From the NCBI GenBank assembly GCA_965249275.1, contig CBDFLQ010000007.1:544001-608000 (forward strand): 64,000 nt of DNA, written 5' to 3'. A model generated the notes under the pieces. The model worked only from the letters and a program-made list of their open reading frames with translations, ran no database searches and was not told the origin of the DNA. Made by a program: the position numbers and the translations under genes. This document shows positions 1-8,958 of this stretch, piece after piece (within the stretch, counting starts at the first letter, position 1; each line of letters begins with the position of its first letter). This DNA is from Dehalococcoidia bacterium (lineage in GTDB: Bacteria > Chloroflexota > Dehalococcoidia > Plut-88900).

Positions 1-2
1 CC

Positions 3-890
3 ACCATCTTCCTGGTCGTCCCGACTGTCGTTTCCAAATGGTTCATCCGAAAACGAGGTCAAGCCCTGATCTTCTCTACAATGGGCAGGCCAGCGAGCGG
101 CCTGCTGATGCTCCCTCTTACCCAGGTCCTTATGTCCGCTGTGGGCTGGCGCACTACGTGGCTGATCCTCGGCATTGCCGTCGCGGCCATAGTAATCCCG
201 CTAAATGCGCTCTTCCTACACCGCCGCCCCGAGGACCGCGGCCTCCTCCCCGACGGTGATCCCGAGCCAATCCGCCTCCCCGACTCCTCTGAACTAATCG
301 AGTCGAGCTGGACCCTCGGTCTCGCACTCCGCACCCGGGCCTTCTGGATGGTCCTTCTAGCCACCAACCTCAGCGGCTCGGGCATCATTGGCGTACTGGT
401 CAACCAGGTCGCCTACCTGAAGGAGTTTTACAGCGATGGGTGGGCCGTCGGGGGAGCAACGCTGGTCACGGCATCCAGCCTGTTCGGCAGGTTTGGCTGG
501 CTGCTCGTCGCCGACCGCCTCAACCCTCGCTACTCCGCCGCCATCAGCTTCCTTCTGTCCGCCGCTGGGATGCTATTCTTCCTCTACGCCGACAACGTGG
601 TCATGATGGTGCTTTGGGGATTATCATTTGGTGTCGGCATCGGGGGCATGGACCCCATGACATCACTGCTGTGGGCGCGGTTCTTTGGCCGTCGATTCAT
701 AGGTTCGATTAGGGGATTCGTGACCATGACTAACATGGTATCCATAGCAGGTTCGCCTTTGCTGGTGGCTGCCATCTTTGAAGCTACCGGCACCTATAGG
801 CCGGCCTTTTTGATTCTCCTCGCTGCGTTTCTCGCGTCCGCAGTATTTATCCTCGTGTCCCGGCCCCCGAAGCGCCCCTCCCGAGAATAA
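3..890 (+). CDS. MFS transporter (5'-partial, begins before the window)
   Basis: Frame is open from position 3 (..VVSKWFIRKRGQAL..). Multiple TM helices and MFS-like motifs (LVADRLNPR, ARFFGRRFIG). Confidence 0.85.
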   Translation, partial: TIFLVVPTVVSKWFIRKRGQALIFSTMGRPASGLLMLPLTQVLMSAVGWRTTWLILGIAVAAIVIPLNALFLHRRPEDRGLLPDGDPEPIRLPDSSELIESSWTLGLALRTRAFWMVLLATNLSGSGIIGVLVNQVAYLKEFYSDGWAVGGATLVTASSLFGRFGWLLVADRLNPRYSAAISFLLSAAGMLFFLYADNVVMMVLWGLSFGVGIGGMDPMTSLLWARFFGRRFIGSIRGFVTMTNMVSIAGSPLLVAAIFEATGTYRPAFLILLAAFLASAVFILVSRPPKRPSRE

Positions 891-891
891 A

Positions 892-1917
892 GTGCTCTAC
901 ATCTTTCACGGCGAAGACGACTTCACACGGCGGGAAGCCCTTGCGCGCTTAGCCGAAAGCCTCGACGCGCCGGAGGCCCTGGCCACCAACACGTCAAAGC
1001 TGGATGGCTCGGACCTGAGCTACGAACAGCTTATGTCCATCATCAACGCGATGCCCTTCCTAGCCGAGCATCGGCTGGTTATCGTGCAGGGCCTGCTCAG
1101 CAAATCGAACCCGCCGGACCGTCGGAGGTCCGGAAGCGGCGCTGCTCCAAGACGACGTAAAGGGTCCAAGGAAGCCGCTCAATGGGACCAACTCCCAGAC
1201 GCAGTGAAAGTCATGCCCTCCACAACCGTCCTGGTTCTAGAAGACGGGCCGCTCCATAGAGACAATCCCCTGCTTAAGGCCTTCGCTCCCGACGCCCAGG
1301 TGAAAACTTTCGAGCCCCTGCGCGGGGCTAACCTACAGCGTTGGATTCGTGAACGAGTCTCAAGCACCGGAGGCCGTATATCCGAAAAGGCCGTCTCACT
1401 CCTAATGGCCTCTTTCGACGGTTCCCTCTGGAGGTTGGCTGGGAATATAGAAAAACTCAGCCTCTATGCAGCAGGCCGGGCCATTGATGAACAGGATGTC
1501 AGAAAGCTGGTCAATAGCACCCAGGACTCCAACATTTTCGCCCTGGTTGACGCAGTCATACAGGGGAATCGTACCAGGGCATTTCGTCAGCTCTCAGCTC
1601 TCATGGACGACGGAATCTCTGGCTTTCACATCCTCACGATGATCGGACGGCAGCTTCGCCTTATTGCCCTTGCCATCGACCTGCGCGCCCGCCGCGTTCC
1701 ACCCTCCGAGTTTCCGAAGCATCTTGGGATGTCATCTCGCTTTGCGCTGGACAAGGTCATGGACCAAGCCTCGACCACCACCCTACCCGCCGTCACCAAA
1801 GCCTACGAGAACGTCCTGAACACGGACCTACAGTTGAAGTCCACCGACATGCCTGAGGGAATCGCTCTGGAGATGCTTGTCGGCGACCTATCCACCACCC
1901 TCCATCCCAAGAAATAG
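892..1917 (+). CDS. holA: DNA polymerase III delta subunit
   Basis: N-terminal YIFHGED, MPFLAEHRLVIV, IEKLSLYA and NIFALVDA motifs. Confidence 0.92.
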   Translation: MLYIFHGEDDFTRREALARLAESLDAPEALATNTSKLDGSDLSYEQLMSIINAMPFLAEHRLVIVQGLLSKSNPPDRRRSGSGAAPRRRKGSKEAAQWDQLPDAVKVMPSTTVLVLEDGPLHRDNPLLKAFAPDAQVKTFEPLRGANLQRWIRERVSSTGGRISEKAVSLLMASFDGSLWRLAGNIEKLSLYAAGRAIDEQDVRKLVNSTQDSNIFALVDAVIQGNRTRAFRQLSALMDDGISGFHILTMIGRQLRLIALAIDLRARRVPPSEFPKHLGMSSRFALDKVMDQASTTTLPAVTKAYENVLNTDLQLKSTDMPEGIALEMLVGDLSTTLHPKK

Positions 1918-1966
1918 GCCTATGCCCTGCGCACAATGCCAGGACGTGAATAACAGCGTTCTACCA

Positions 1967-2602
1967 TCACCTCAGCGGCTCGGGTTGAAACCTCCCCGCC
2001 TTCAACTCGGTGATCAGGTCTTCCAAACACGAGATCCGCCGCTCGAACCGCGTACCGTTCTTCGCAATGTCGTGGGTCTGGTGTGAATCGCTGGTCGCGA
2101 CTCCTTTCAGGTTCAGCCTCCGGCAAAGCTCCATCGCGAATGCGTTCTCCTGCTCAGACCCGCGCCCGTTGTTCACCTCGGCGCCCTCCACAATTGCTAA
2201 CATACTGTTGGTGCTGGCTTTCTGGAGCATACGCTCGTACTCTTCGGCGTTCTTGAACTCGGGCCTGAACCTTCTGCGGTATGGGTGCGCCGCCAGCATT
2301 GCCCCACCGCTTTTATCCACCAAGTCCTTCAGGAACCATGTCTTGTGCATCCCAAACACGTAGTGGTCCAGCCCAAAAACCAGCAGGTGCCCTTCGTCGG
2401 TGTTTATCTCGACACCCGGGATCACCAGAAAGTCCATGCTCTTGCCAATGTCCACAAGCTCATCATAGTCCCAGAAGAAATCGTGCTCCGTAACTGCTAT
2501 CCCGTCCAATCCCGCCTTCTTAGCTACTTCTATTAGGTGCTCGGGAGCCAAGAGGCTGTCATCAGAATACTTGGACGTGTGGTTGTGCAGGTCAATTAGC
2601 AT
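1967..2602 (-). CDS. PHP domain metal-dependent phosphoesterase
   Basis: DLHNHT, AVTEHD, PGVEI, GHLL, AHPYR and SDSH metal-ligand motifs. Confidence 0.9.
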   Translation of the reverse strand: MLIDLHNHTSKYSDDSLLAPEHLIEVAKKAGLDGIAVTEHDFFWDYDELVDIGKSMDFLVIPGVEINTDEGHLLVFGLDHYVFGMHKTWFLKDLVDKSGGAMLAAHPYRRRFRPEFKNAEEYERMLQKASTNSMLAIVEGAEVNNGRGSEQENAFAMELCRRLNLKGVATSDSHQTHDIAKNGTRFERRISCLEDLITELKAGRFQPEPLR

Positions 2603-2791
2603 TGCGTCAGATTAGTTCAACGATTCACAATAGTCTGTCACGACCCCCTTGCCCCGTCAACCATCACGATAAAAGCCGCAAAGAGCTTAACGAAGGGAAT
2701 TGAAGATGAATGGGGCCTTCGAATCATAGGTCATTCCGTTTCCACTCCCCTCTTATGCTAAAATCGCACTGTCGAGCTAGGTACACTACCC

Positions 2792-3025
2792 ATGTCTACT
2801 GATTACTCCGAAATCATAACCATAGACCCCCAAAAGCGGGGTGGAAAACCGTGCATCAGAAGATTGCGAATAACCGTCTATGACGTCTTGGAATACTTGG
2901 CGTCCGGAATGACCGAGGAACAAATCCTCGCCGATTTTCCAGACCTGCAGCCCCAAGACATTAGAGCATCTCTCGCCTTCGCCGCAGACCGGGAGCGTCG
3001 CCTCGTGGCATTGCCTCCCCAATGA
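2792..3025 (+). CDS. DUF433 family protein (putative antitoxin)
   Basis: ITIDPQKRGGKPCIRRLRITVYDVLEYLASGMT..ILADFPDL..DIRA is typical of DUF433. Confidence 0.9.
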   Translation: MSTDYSEIITIDPQKRGGKPCIRRLRITVYDVLEYLASGMTEEQILADFPDLQPQDIRASLAFAADRERRLVALPPQ

Positions 3026-3075
3026 GGCTCCTCTTCGACCAATATCGGTTTCACAGACTCATGATGCTTTCGTAG
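3022..3075 (+). pseudogene. Truncated remnant of a DUF5615/PIN-like toxin
   Basis: ATGA overlap with the DUF433 stop. Reads MRLLFDQYRFHRLMMLS*, resembling the MKLLFDQNLSHRL start of DUF433 partner toxins, then stops after 17 codons. Confidence 0.6.
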
Positions 3076-3157
3076 CTCAGCATTGAACCTACCCGGCTAC
3101 CTGTTCACTTCCTGCTTGCAAAAATAACCTCGCCAAATTACCTGCTTGGAGGCCCCC

Positions 3158-4474
3158 TTGGACCCGACTACCCACTCCGTCACAATGGAAAAGATCGTAT
3201 CCCTCTGCAAACGCCGTGGCATTATCTTCCAGAACTCCGAAATCTACGGTGGTCTCGGGAGCGTGTGGGACTACGGACCCCTGGGAGTCGAGCTCAAGCG
3301 CAACGTCAAGGACGCCTGGTGGCGCTCCATGGTCCAGCAGAGGGGCGACGTTGTGGGATTGGACTCCGCAATCCTGATGCACCCCAGGGTCTGGGAAGCC
3401 AGCGGCCACCTGGATAACTTTGCCGACCCCTTGGTCGAGTGCCGGGAGTGCAACCAGCGCTGGCGGGACGACGCCCTCGCCGAGGGACGCTGCCCCAACT
3501 GCAACGGCGAGGTGAGCGATCCACGAATGTTCAACCTGATGTTCAAGAGCTTCATGGGTCCCGTCGAAGAAGATGCCGCTGTCGTCTACCTTCGCCCCGA
3601 GACCGCCCAGGGCATCTTCGTAAATTTTGAAAACGTGCTCAATTCTACTCGGAAACGGCTACCCTTTGGCATCGCTCAGATAGGCAAGTCCTTCCGGAAT
3701 GAGATCACTCCTGGCAACTTCACGTTCCGTACTCGAGAGTTCGAGCAGATGGAGATGGAGTACTTCGTCATGCCGGAGGATGCGGACTCATCCCTCCAGT
3801 ACTGGGTCGAGCAGCGATTTCAGTGGTACCTGGACCTCGGTATCCGACCCGAGAACCTGCGTCTTCGCTGGCACGATACCGATGAGCTCGCCCACTACGC
3901 AAAGGCAACCGCAGACGTCGAATACCTCTTCCCAATGGGCTGGTCCGAGTTGGAAGGCATCGCAAACCGCACAGACTTCGACCTTCTTCAGCACTCCAAG
4001 ACCAGCGGTAAATCGCTCACGGTCTTTGACGAGGAGGCCAAGCAGCACGTCACTCCCTACGTCATAGAGCCATCGGGGGGCGTGGACCGAGCCACCCTCG
4101 CCTTCCTCGTCGACTCCTATCGCGAGGAAGAGGTGCGCGGCGAGACTCGAGTCCTCCTCAAGCTCCACAAGGACCTCTGCCCCGTCCAGGTAGCCGTGCT
4201 GCCCCTCAGCCGCAACCAGCGTCTCCTTCCCTTGTCACAGCAGGTATTCGATACGGTCCGAACTGATTTCCGTGCCCAGTATGACGACGCCCAGTCAATC
4301 GGGCGCAGGTACCGACGTCAGGACGAAATCGGGACCCCGCTCTGCGTCACTGTAGACTTCGAATCTCTCGACGACAACGCCGTGACCATCAGAGACCGAG
4401 ACACCATGTCCCAGTCCCGGGTCCCCATCGCCCGTCTCGTCGAATCCGTGAGAAATTCCCTCGCCTCTCTATGA
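3158..4474 (+). CDS. glyQS: Glycine--tRNA ligase (alpha2 type)
   Basis: [44 protein letters not shown] and [12 protein letters not shown] motifs. TTG start 5 nt after GGAGG. Confidence 0.95.
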   Translation: MDPTTHSVTMEKIVSLCKRRGIIFQNSEIYGGLGSVWDYGPLGVELKRNVKDAWWRSMVQQRGDVVGLDSAILMHPRVWEASGHLDNFADPLVECRECNQRWRDDALAEGRCPNCNGEVSDPRMFNLMFKSFMGPVEEDAAVVYLRPETAQGIFVNFENVLNSTRKRLPFGIAQIGKSFRNEITPGNFTFRTREFEQMEMEYFVMPEDADSSLQYWVEQRFQWYLDLGIRPENLRLRWHDTDELAHYAKATADVEYLFPMGWSELEGIANRTDFDLLQHSKTSGKSLTVFDEEAKQHVTPYVIEPSGGVDRATLAFLVDSYREEEVRGETRVLLKLHKDLCPVQVAVLPLSRNQRLLPLSQQVFDTVRTDFRAQYDDAQSIGRRYRRQDEIGTPLCVTVDFESLDDNAVTIRDRDTMSQSRVPIARLVESVRNSLASL

Positions 4475-4552
4475 AACCTCTCTGACTCTTGGCCTGGGCC
4501 TCGACTTGGAATCCTTTGAAGGCTTCCCATACAATGTCGGCGGGAGACCGTT

Positions 4553-4765
4553 GTGAAAATCACCTATGACGGGGATGTAGACACTCTTTACATACGCTTC
4601 GTAGAGACTACAGTCACTACCAAGCACGTGGCCGAAGGATTGGCAGCAGATTACGATGCCAACGGGAATCTGGCCGGTATAGAAGTGCTCGATGCTACCA
4701 AGAGCCTTGGGCCCGATTCATTGAGACAGATCACGTTGGAGAACATCTCCATAGCCGGCTCCTAG
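4553..4765 (+). CDS. DUF2283 family protein
   Basis: MKITYD..VDTLYIRF...ADYD..GNLAGIEVLDA pattern. Confidence 0.85.
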   Translation: MKITYDGDVDTLYIRFVETTVTTKHVAEGLAADYDANGNLAGIEVLDATKSLGPDSLRQITLENISIAGS

Positions 4766-4789
4766 GCCCGAGTCTCCCTCGCTAGGCCC

Positions 4790-6043
4790 ATGCGCATAGT
4801 CCACTTCTCAGACCTTCACATAGGCGTCGAGAATTATGGCCGGTTGGACCCGACAACCGGCCTATCCACCCGCATGGGCGACTTCCTGTCCGCATTCGAC
4901 GAGCTGGTTGAATATTCCCTGGCCAATAGCGTCGATCTGGTGGTCTTTGCAGGCGACGCCTTCAAGAGCCGGGAGCCCAAGCAGACCCAGCAGCGGGAGT
5001 TCGCCAAGAGAGTCGCTCGGCTTGCCAATGCGGGAATTCAGGTGTTTCTCCTGGTGGGCAACCACGACCTTCCTTATGCACTGGCACAAGCCACGTCTAT
5101 CGAGATATACGACACTCTCGCCGTCCAAAACGTCACCGTCGCCGACAGGGTGGGTACTTGGACGACAGAGACTAAATCGGGACCCGTGCAGGTCGTCGGT
5201 CTCCCCTGGCCACGACGCTCCATCCTGCTCTCCCGTGACTCCGTGAAGAACCTCACCTTCGACCAACTCAACGAACAGATCCAGGACCTCCTCACAAGGC
5301 TATTGTTCAATGAAGCCGAGGCCCTGGACCCGTCCATCCCCGCAATCCTCTCCGCCCACATTACCGTAGCTCAAGCTACGGTCGGCTCCGAGCGCAGCAT
5401 GATGATTGGAAACGACCACGTCATCCTACTGAGCAACGTCGGCCTTCCCCAGTTCGACTATGTAGCTCTCGGGCACATCCACAAGATGCAGGTCCTCACG
5501 GAGTCGCCGCCGGTAGTCTATAGCGGCAGCTTACAGCGAGTGGACTTCAGTGAGGAAAAGGACCCCAAGGGCTTTTACGTAGCTGACCTGGATCCCTCTC
5601 TGCCTCAAGGCCAGCGCGTAACCAGCTTTCGATTCCAAACGGTCAACGCTCGACCCTTCGTCACCATAGACGTCGACATCCCCTCTGATAACCTCAACCC
5701 CACCACCACCATTGTCAACCGCATCCAGCAGTCTCCCATTGCTGATGCCGTTGTCCGTCTCCGCATCAAGGTCCCAGCCGAGCTCGAGTCCATGATCCTT
5801 GACGCCGACATTCGTAAAGCCCTGGCTCCTGCCCACTTCGTCGCCGCCATAAGCCGCGAAGTGGACCGAGCCCGATCCTTCAGGCTCGACGGTCAGGCAG
5901 TCGACGGCATGACGCCCCGCGACGCCCTGAAAGCCTACTTGGACTCCTCGGCCGAGACCCGCGGCTGGTCAGAGACACAAATCCGTGAGATGCTGACCCT
6001 TGGTGAGGACCTGATCCGCGAGTCCCTGGAACCCCCAGCCTGA
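4790..6043 (+). CDS. sbcD: SbcD/Mre11-family nuclease
   Basis: HFSDLHIG, FAGDAF, VGNHD, YVALGHIH and YSGS..DFSE motifs. Confidence 0.9.
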   Translation: MRIVHFSDLHIGVENYGRLDPTTGLSTRMGDFLSAFDELVEYSLANSVDLVVFAGDAFKSREPKQTQQREFAKRVARLANAGIQVFLLVGNHDLPYALAQATSIEIYDTLAVQNVTVADRVGTWTTETKSGPVQVVGLPWPRRSILLSRDSVKNLTFDQLNEQIQDLLTRLLFNEAEALDPSIPAILSAHITVAQATVGSERSMMIGNDHVILLSNVGLPQFDYVALGHIHKMQVLTESPPVVYSGSLQRVDFSEEKDPKGFYVADLDPSLPQGQRVTSFRFQTVNARPFVTIDVDIPSDNLNPTTTIVNRIQQSPIADAVVRLRIKVPAELESMILDADIRKALAPAHFVAAISREVDRARSFRLDGQAVDGMTPRDALKAYLDSSAETRGWSETQIREMLTLGEDLIRESLEPPA

Positions 6044-6100
6044 CTGACACTCGCCCCCTGGTTTGATGGCCCTTAAGCCCCGTCGATTTGGAGCGCAGCC

Positions 6101-7162
6101 ATGAAAATCTTCGATTACATGGAGCAGTACGGCTACGAGGAGCTAGCCCTCTATACTGATGAGGCAGCGGGTCTCAGGGCTCTGATTTGCATTCACGACA
6201 CCACGCTCGGGCCTGCCTGCGGGGGCACCCGCATGTGGCCCTTCGCCACCGAGGAAGAAGCGATCTTGGACGTGTTGCGCCTCGCGAGGGCCATGACCTA
6301 CAAGTCATCGCTGGCCGGTCTCGACTACGGGGGCGGCAAGGCCGTGATTATCGCCGACTCCACCACCGACAAGTCCGAGGCCCTATTCCGCGCCCACGGC
6401 CGTTTTGTCGACACCCTGGGGGGCCGTTTCATCACCACCGAGGACGTCGGCGTCGTGAACCAGGATGTTGTCCACATGCGCAAGGAGACCCGCTACGCTG
6501 CCGGTCTCCCCGAGTCCCACGGCGGACTGGGCGGGGCAGAGGTGATTACCGGGTTCGGAATCTACCAGGGGGCTCGGGCCTGCATGAAGGAGCTCACGGG
6601 CTCCGACTCCCTGGACGGGAAGACCGTCGCCATCCAAGGTTTCGGGAAGGTGGCCTACCACTACGCCCGACACCTGCGGGAAGATGGCGCCCGGATCATC
6701 GCCGCGGACATCAACGAGTCCAGAATTGCTGAGGCGGTTGCACTCGGGGCTTCCATAGTCGCGCCGGAAGAGATACATGCCGTCGAATGCGATATCTTCT
6801 CACCCTGCGCCCTGGGCGCCGCCCTAAACGACGACACCATACCTCAGATCAAGGCTCCCATAGTGGCAGGGGCCGCCAACAACCAACTTAAGGAACCTCA
6901 CCACGCAGACGCCCTCGCCGAGGCCGGCATCCTCTATGCACCCGATTACGCGATCAACGCCGGCGGTGTAATAACCGTAGCCTGTGAGGTTGAGGGTAAG
7001 AGCAGGGATGCCGCCATGTACCGGACTGCCAAGGTCTACGACACTCTTCTGGATATCTTCGCTCGGGCCAAGGCGGAGGGCATCACCACCGCCACCGCCG
7101 CAGACCGCCTCGCCGAGGACCGGATCCGCAGCGTGGCCCACATCAAGCGTACTTCCCCGTAG
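6101..7162 (+). CDS. Leucine (Glu/Leu/Phe/Val) dehydrogenase
   Basis: IHDTTLGPA.GGTRM, MTYK..GGGKAVI, QGFGKV, AGAANNQL and YAPDY.INAGG motifs. Confidence 0.92.
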   Translation: MKIFDYMEQYGYEELALYTDEAAGLRALICIHDTTLGPACGGTRMWPFATEEEAILDVLRLARAMTYKSSLAGLDYGGGKAVIIADSTTDKSEALFRAHGRFVDTLGGRFITTEDVGVVNQDVVHMRKETRYAAGLPESHGGLGGAEVITGFGIYQGARACMKELTGSDSLDGKTVAIQGFGKVAYHYARHLREDGARIIAADINESRIAEAVALGASIVAPEEIHAVECDIFSPCALGAALNDDTIPQIKAPIVAGAANNQLKEPHHADALAEAGILYAPDYAINAGGVITVACEVEGKSRDAAMYRTAKVYDTLLDIFARAKAEGITTATAADRLAEDRIRSVAHIKRTSP

Positions 7163-7208
7163 CTCACGGTCAGCCCTTACGCCGTAGTCCGGTATCTGAC
7201 TCGGAGCT

Positions 7209-7961
7209 CTACTCTTCGCGTATATTGGCCCGGGCGTCGTGGGGGTAGGTGTTGGTCTCGATCATTCGAGCCTTGACGTCTGTACGGAGCAGGTGAAGCT
7301 CCTCAACCGAGATGATCGGAGTCATCGGCGCAGTCTCGCCACCGCCCTTAATCTTCAGCTCGAAGCCCGTGTTCTCTCTCACCTCTCCGAGTGTGTGCCC
7401 CTGGTGCACAGAGACCAAATCCAATATACCCGACTCCTTCGATAGCTCCATCTTTGCCAGTGGGGTTATTACCACCACTTCCTTGGTCCGGCGGGCGAAG
7501 CCCTCCGGCGAGGAGGAAGCCGCCGAGACATAGTCAACCTTCTCCACGAATGTCCGCCTATCGTGGCGGGTTCGGAACAGGACTATTCGGGGCACGGCAT
7601 AGTAGAGGAGTCCCGTTCCATATTGACCCGGCATCCTGACCTCAGGCGAATCGGGGTCTCCGATGAGGTGCAGGTTGAAGTTGGCTTCCCGGTCTATCTC
7701 GATTCCGCTCATGAAGAAAAGGTCGAGTTTTCCCCGTTGGGCGAGGTAGTGGAAGTCCTTCCCCCCGACGAACGGGTTGTAGTAGTCGCTGTCCAGGACT
7801 ATGAATTCGCCATTCGGGGCGTGGGACGCTTCGGCTAGAAGAAGTGCGGAGGCCGGTATGAAAGACAGAGCACCACAGGCCGAGGTCTCCCAGTCATGCA
7901 CCTCCCGCGACAGGAGGACGGCCATGAACTCTTCGAATGTGCAGTTAGGCGGTTGAGACAC
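7209..7961 (-). CDS. Class I CoA-transferase-fold protein, beta subunit
   Basis: GTG start overlaps the alpha-subunit stop (TAGTG). FFMSGIEID..ANFNL, FVEKVDYVS, VITPLA and V.ENTGF motifs. Confidence 0.8.
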   Translation of the reverse strand: MSQPPNCTFEEFMAVLLSREVHDWETSACGALSFIPASALLLAEASHAPNGEFIVLDSDYYNPFVGGKDFHYLAQRGKLDLFFMSGIEIDREANFNLHLIGDPDSPEVRMPGQYGTGLLYYAVPRIVLFRTRHDRRTFVEKVDYVSAASSSPEGFARRTKEVVVITPLAKMELSKESGILDLVSVHQGHTLGEVRENTGFELKIKGGGETAPMTPIISVEELHLLRTDVKARMIETNTYPHDARANIREE

Positions 7962-8830
7962 TACCCCACCGCAGCAGGCGCCCGAACCCCCAGACCTCGC
8001 GACCGGCAATAGTCCTCGTGGTCGTGCAAGGCGTATACCTCATCGGCCAGGTAACCTTCAAAGGCCTCGTCGGAAGAGGAGGCCTCGAGGTACTTCTTCA
8101 TCTCCTCCACGTCCATGCCATAGAAGCCCGGGCACGCGCTGGGGTAGGCCCCGAAAGGCGCGTGGGCCACGGCCTTGATGTGGATTGCAGGAATGAAAGT
8201 CCCCGTTGGATCGTTCGGTGAGACCGAATCAACGACCTCCTCAACCGTCACTATCACCTTGTCCGACGCCTGCGCCAGCATCAAGGCTTCCCCGCCTTTG
8301 CTGACCAATACGTTGCCCCGACTGTCGCCCTTGCTTCCGTGGAACAATGCAACGTCAGGTGTTATGGCCTTGGCCATCACCACCATCTCCGTGGGGTCGA
8401 AGGGGTTGGGAGCCATGGTGAAGTCGTCTCTTTCCCTGATAACATCACTGCCGGCGTAGCCGAGGGTCGGGACGAAGGGGACGCCCATTGATCCAGCCTG
8501 GACCATGCTATAGAGCACGCCTCAGGTGTTGTCTTTCATTTTGATGCGGCCCTGCTTCTGGAGGCGCAGGTAGTTGGGCGCCACCCTGGCGAAGGGCTGG
8601 AAGTTAAAATCGCAGGTCTCCACAGTAGCCGTCCGACCCGCCCCGACCAGGAAGTCGAGATTCAGCGAAGCGCCCACCACACCGAGAGTGTTCAGGTCAG
8701 TGGTCCCGCCCCTGACTATCTCCCTCAATAGCGCCATTGGGGTGTAGTCCAGGCCCCCCATCATTATCACTTTGTCGCCGGTGCGTACCAGCTTGGCGGC
8801 CTGTTCCAGGGTTACGAGTTTGTCTCTCAT
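7961..8830 (-). CDS. Class I CoA-transferase-fold protein, alpha subunit, with in-frame UGA at codon 103 (candidate selenoprotein)
   Basis: ORFs 8522-8830 and 7961-8518 are in the same frame, separated only by TGA-GGC. Joined they give 289 aa with KLVTLEQAAK..GD, PMALLREI, GVPFVP..GSDV, PDVALFH..D.RGNV and IVTVEEVV motifs. Confidence 0.8.
8482..8521 (-). promoter_or_regulatory. Bacterial SECIS-like stem-loop directly 3' of the in-frame UGA
   Basis: Minus strand reads UGA GGCGU GCUCUAU AGCA UGGUCC AGGCU GGAUCA AUGGGC G. Upper stem UGGUCC/GGAUCA has a G-containing apical loop; lower stem is GCUC.AU/AUGGGC. Confidence 0.55.
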
Positions 8831-8958
8831 TTTCCCTTCCTTAGCTGTCTCTACTTGGGGGCTGCGGGCCTTCCTGTTCCCTAACGTGAGGGTATATTCA
8901 GGGGTATCCGGTGTCAAGGAAAAGATGGCGCTTGGGGCCGACGCCCAAGGGCCTGGAG

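Noticed and set aside
4790-6043. sbcD without adjacent sbcC as a novel system
   Set aside because: sbcC may lie elsewhere in the genome, and nothing else nearby suggests a defence locus.
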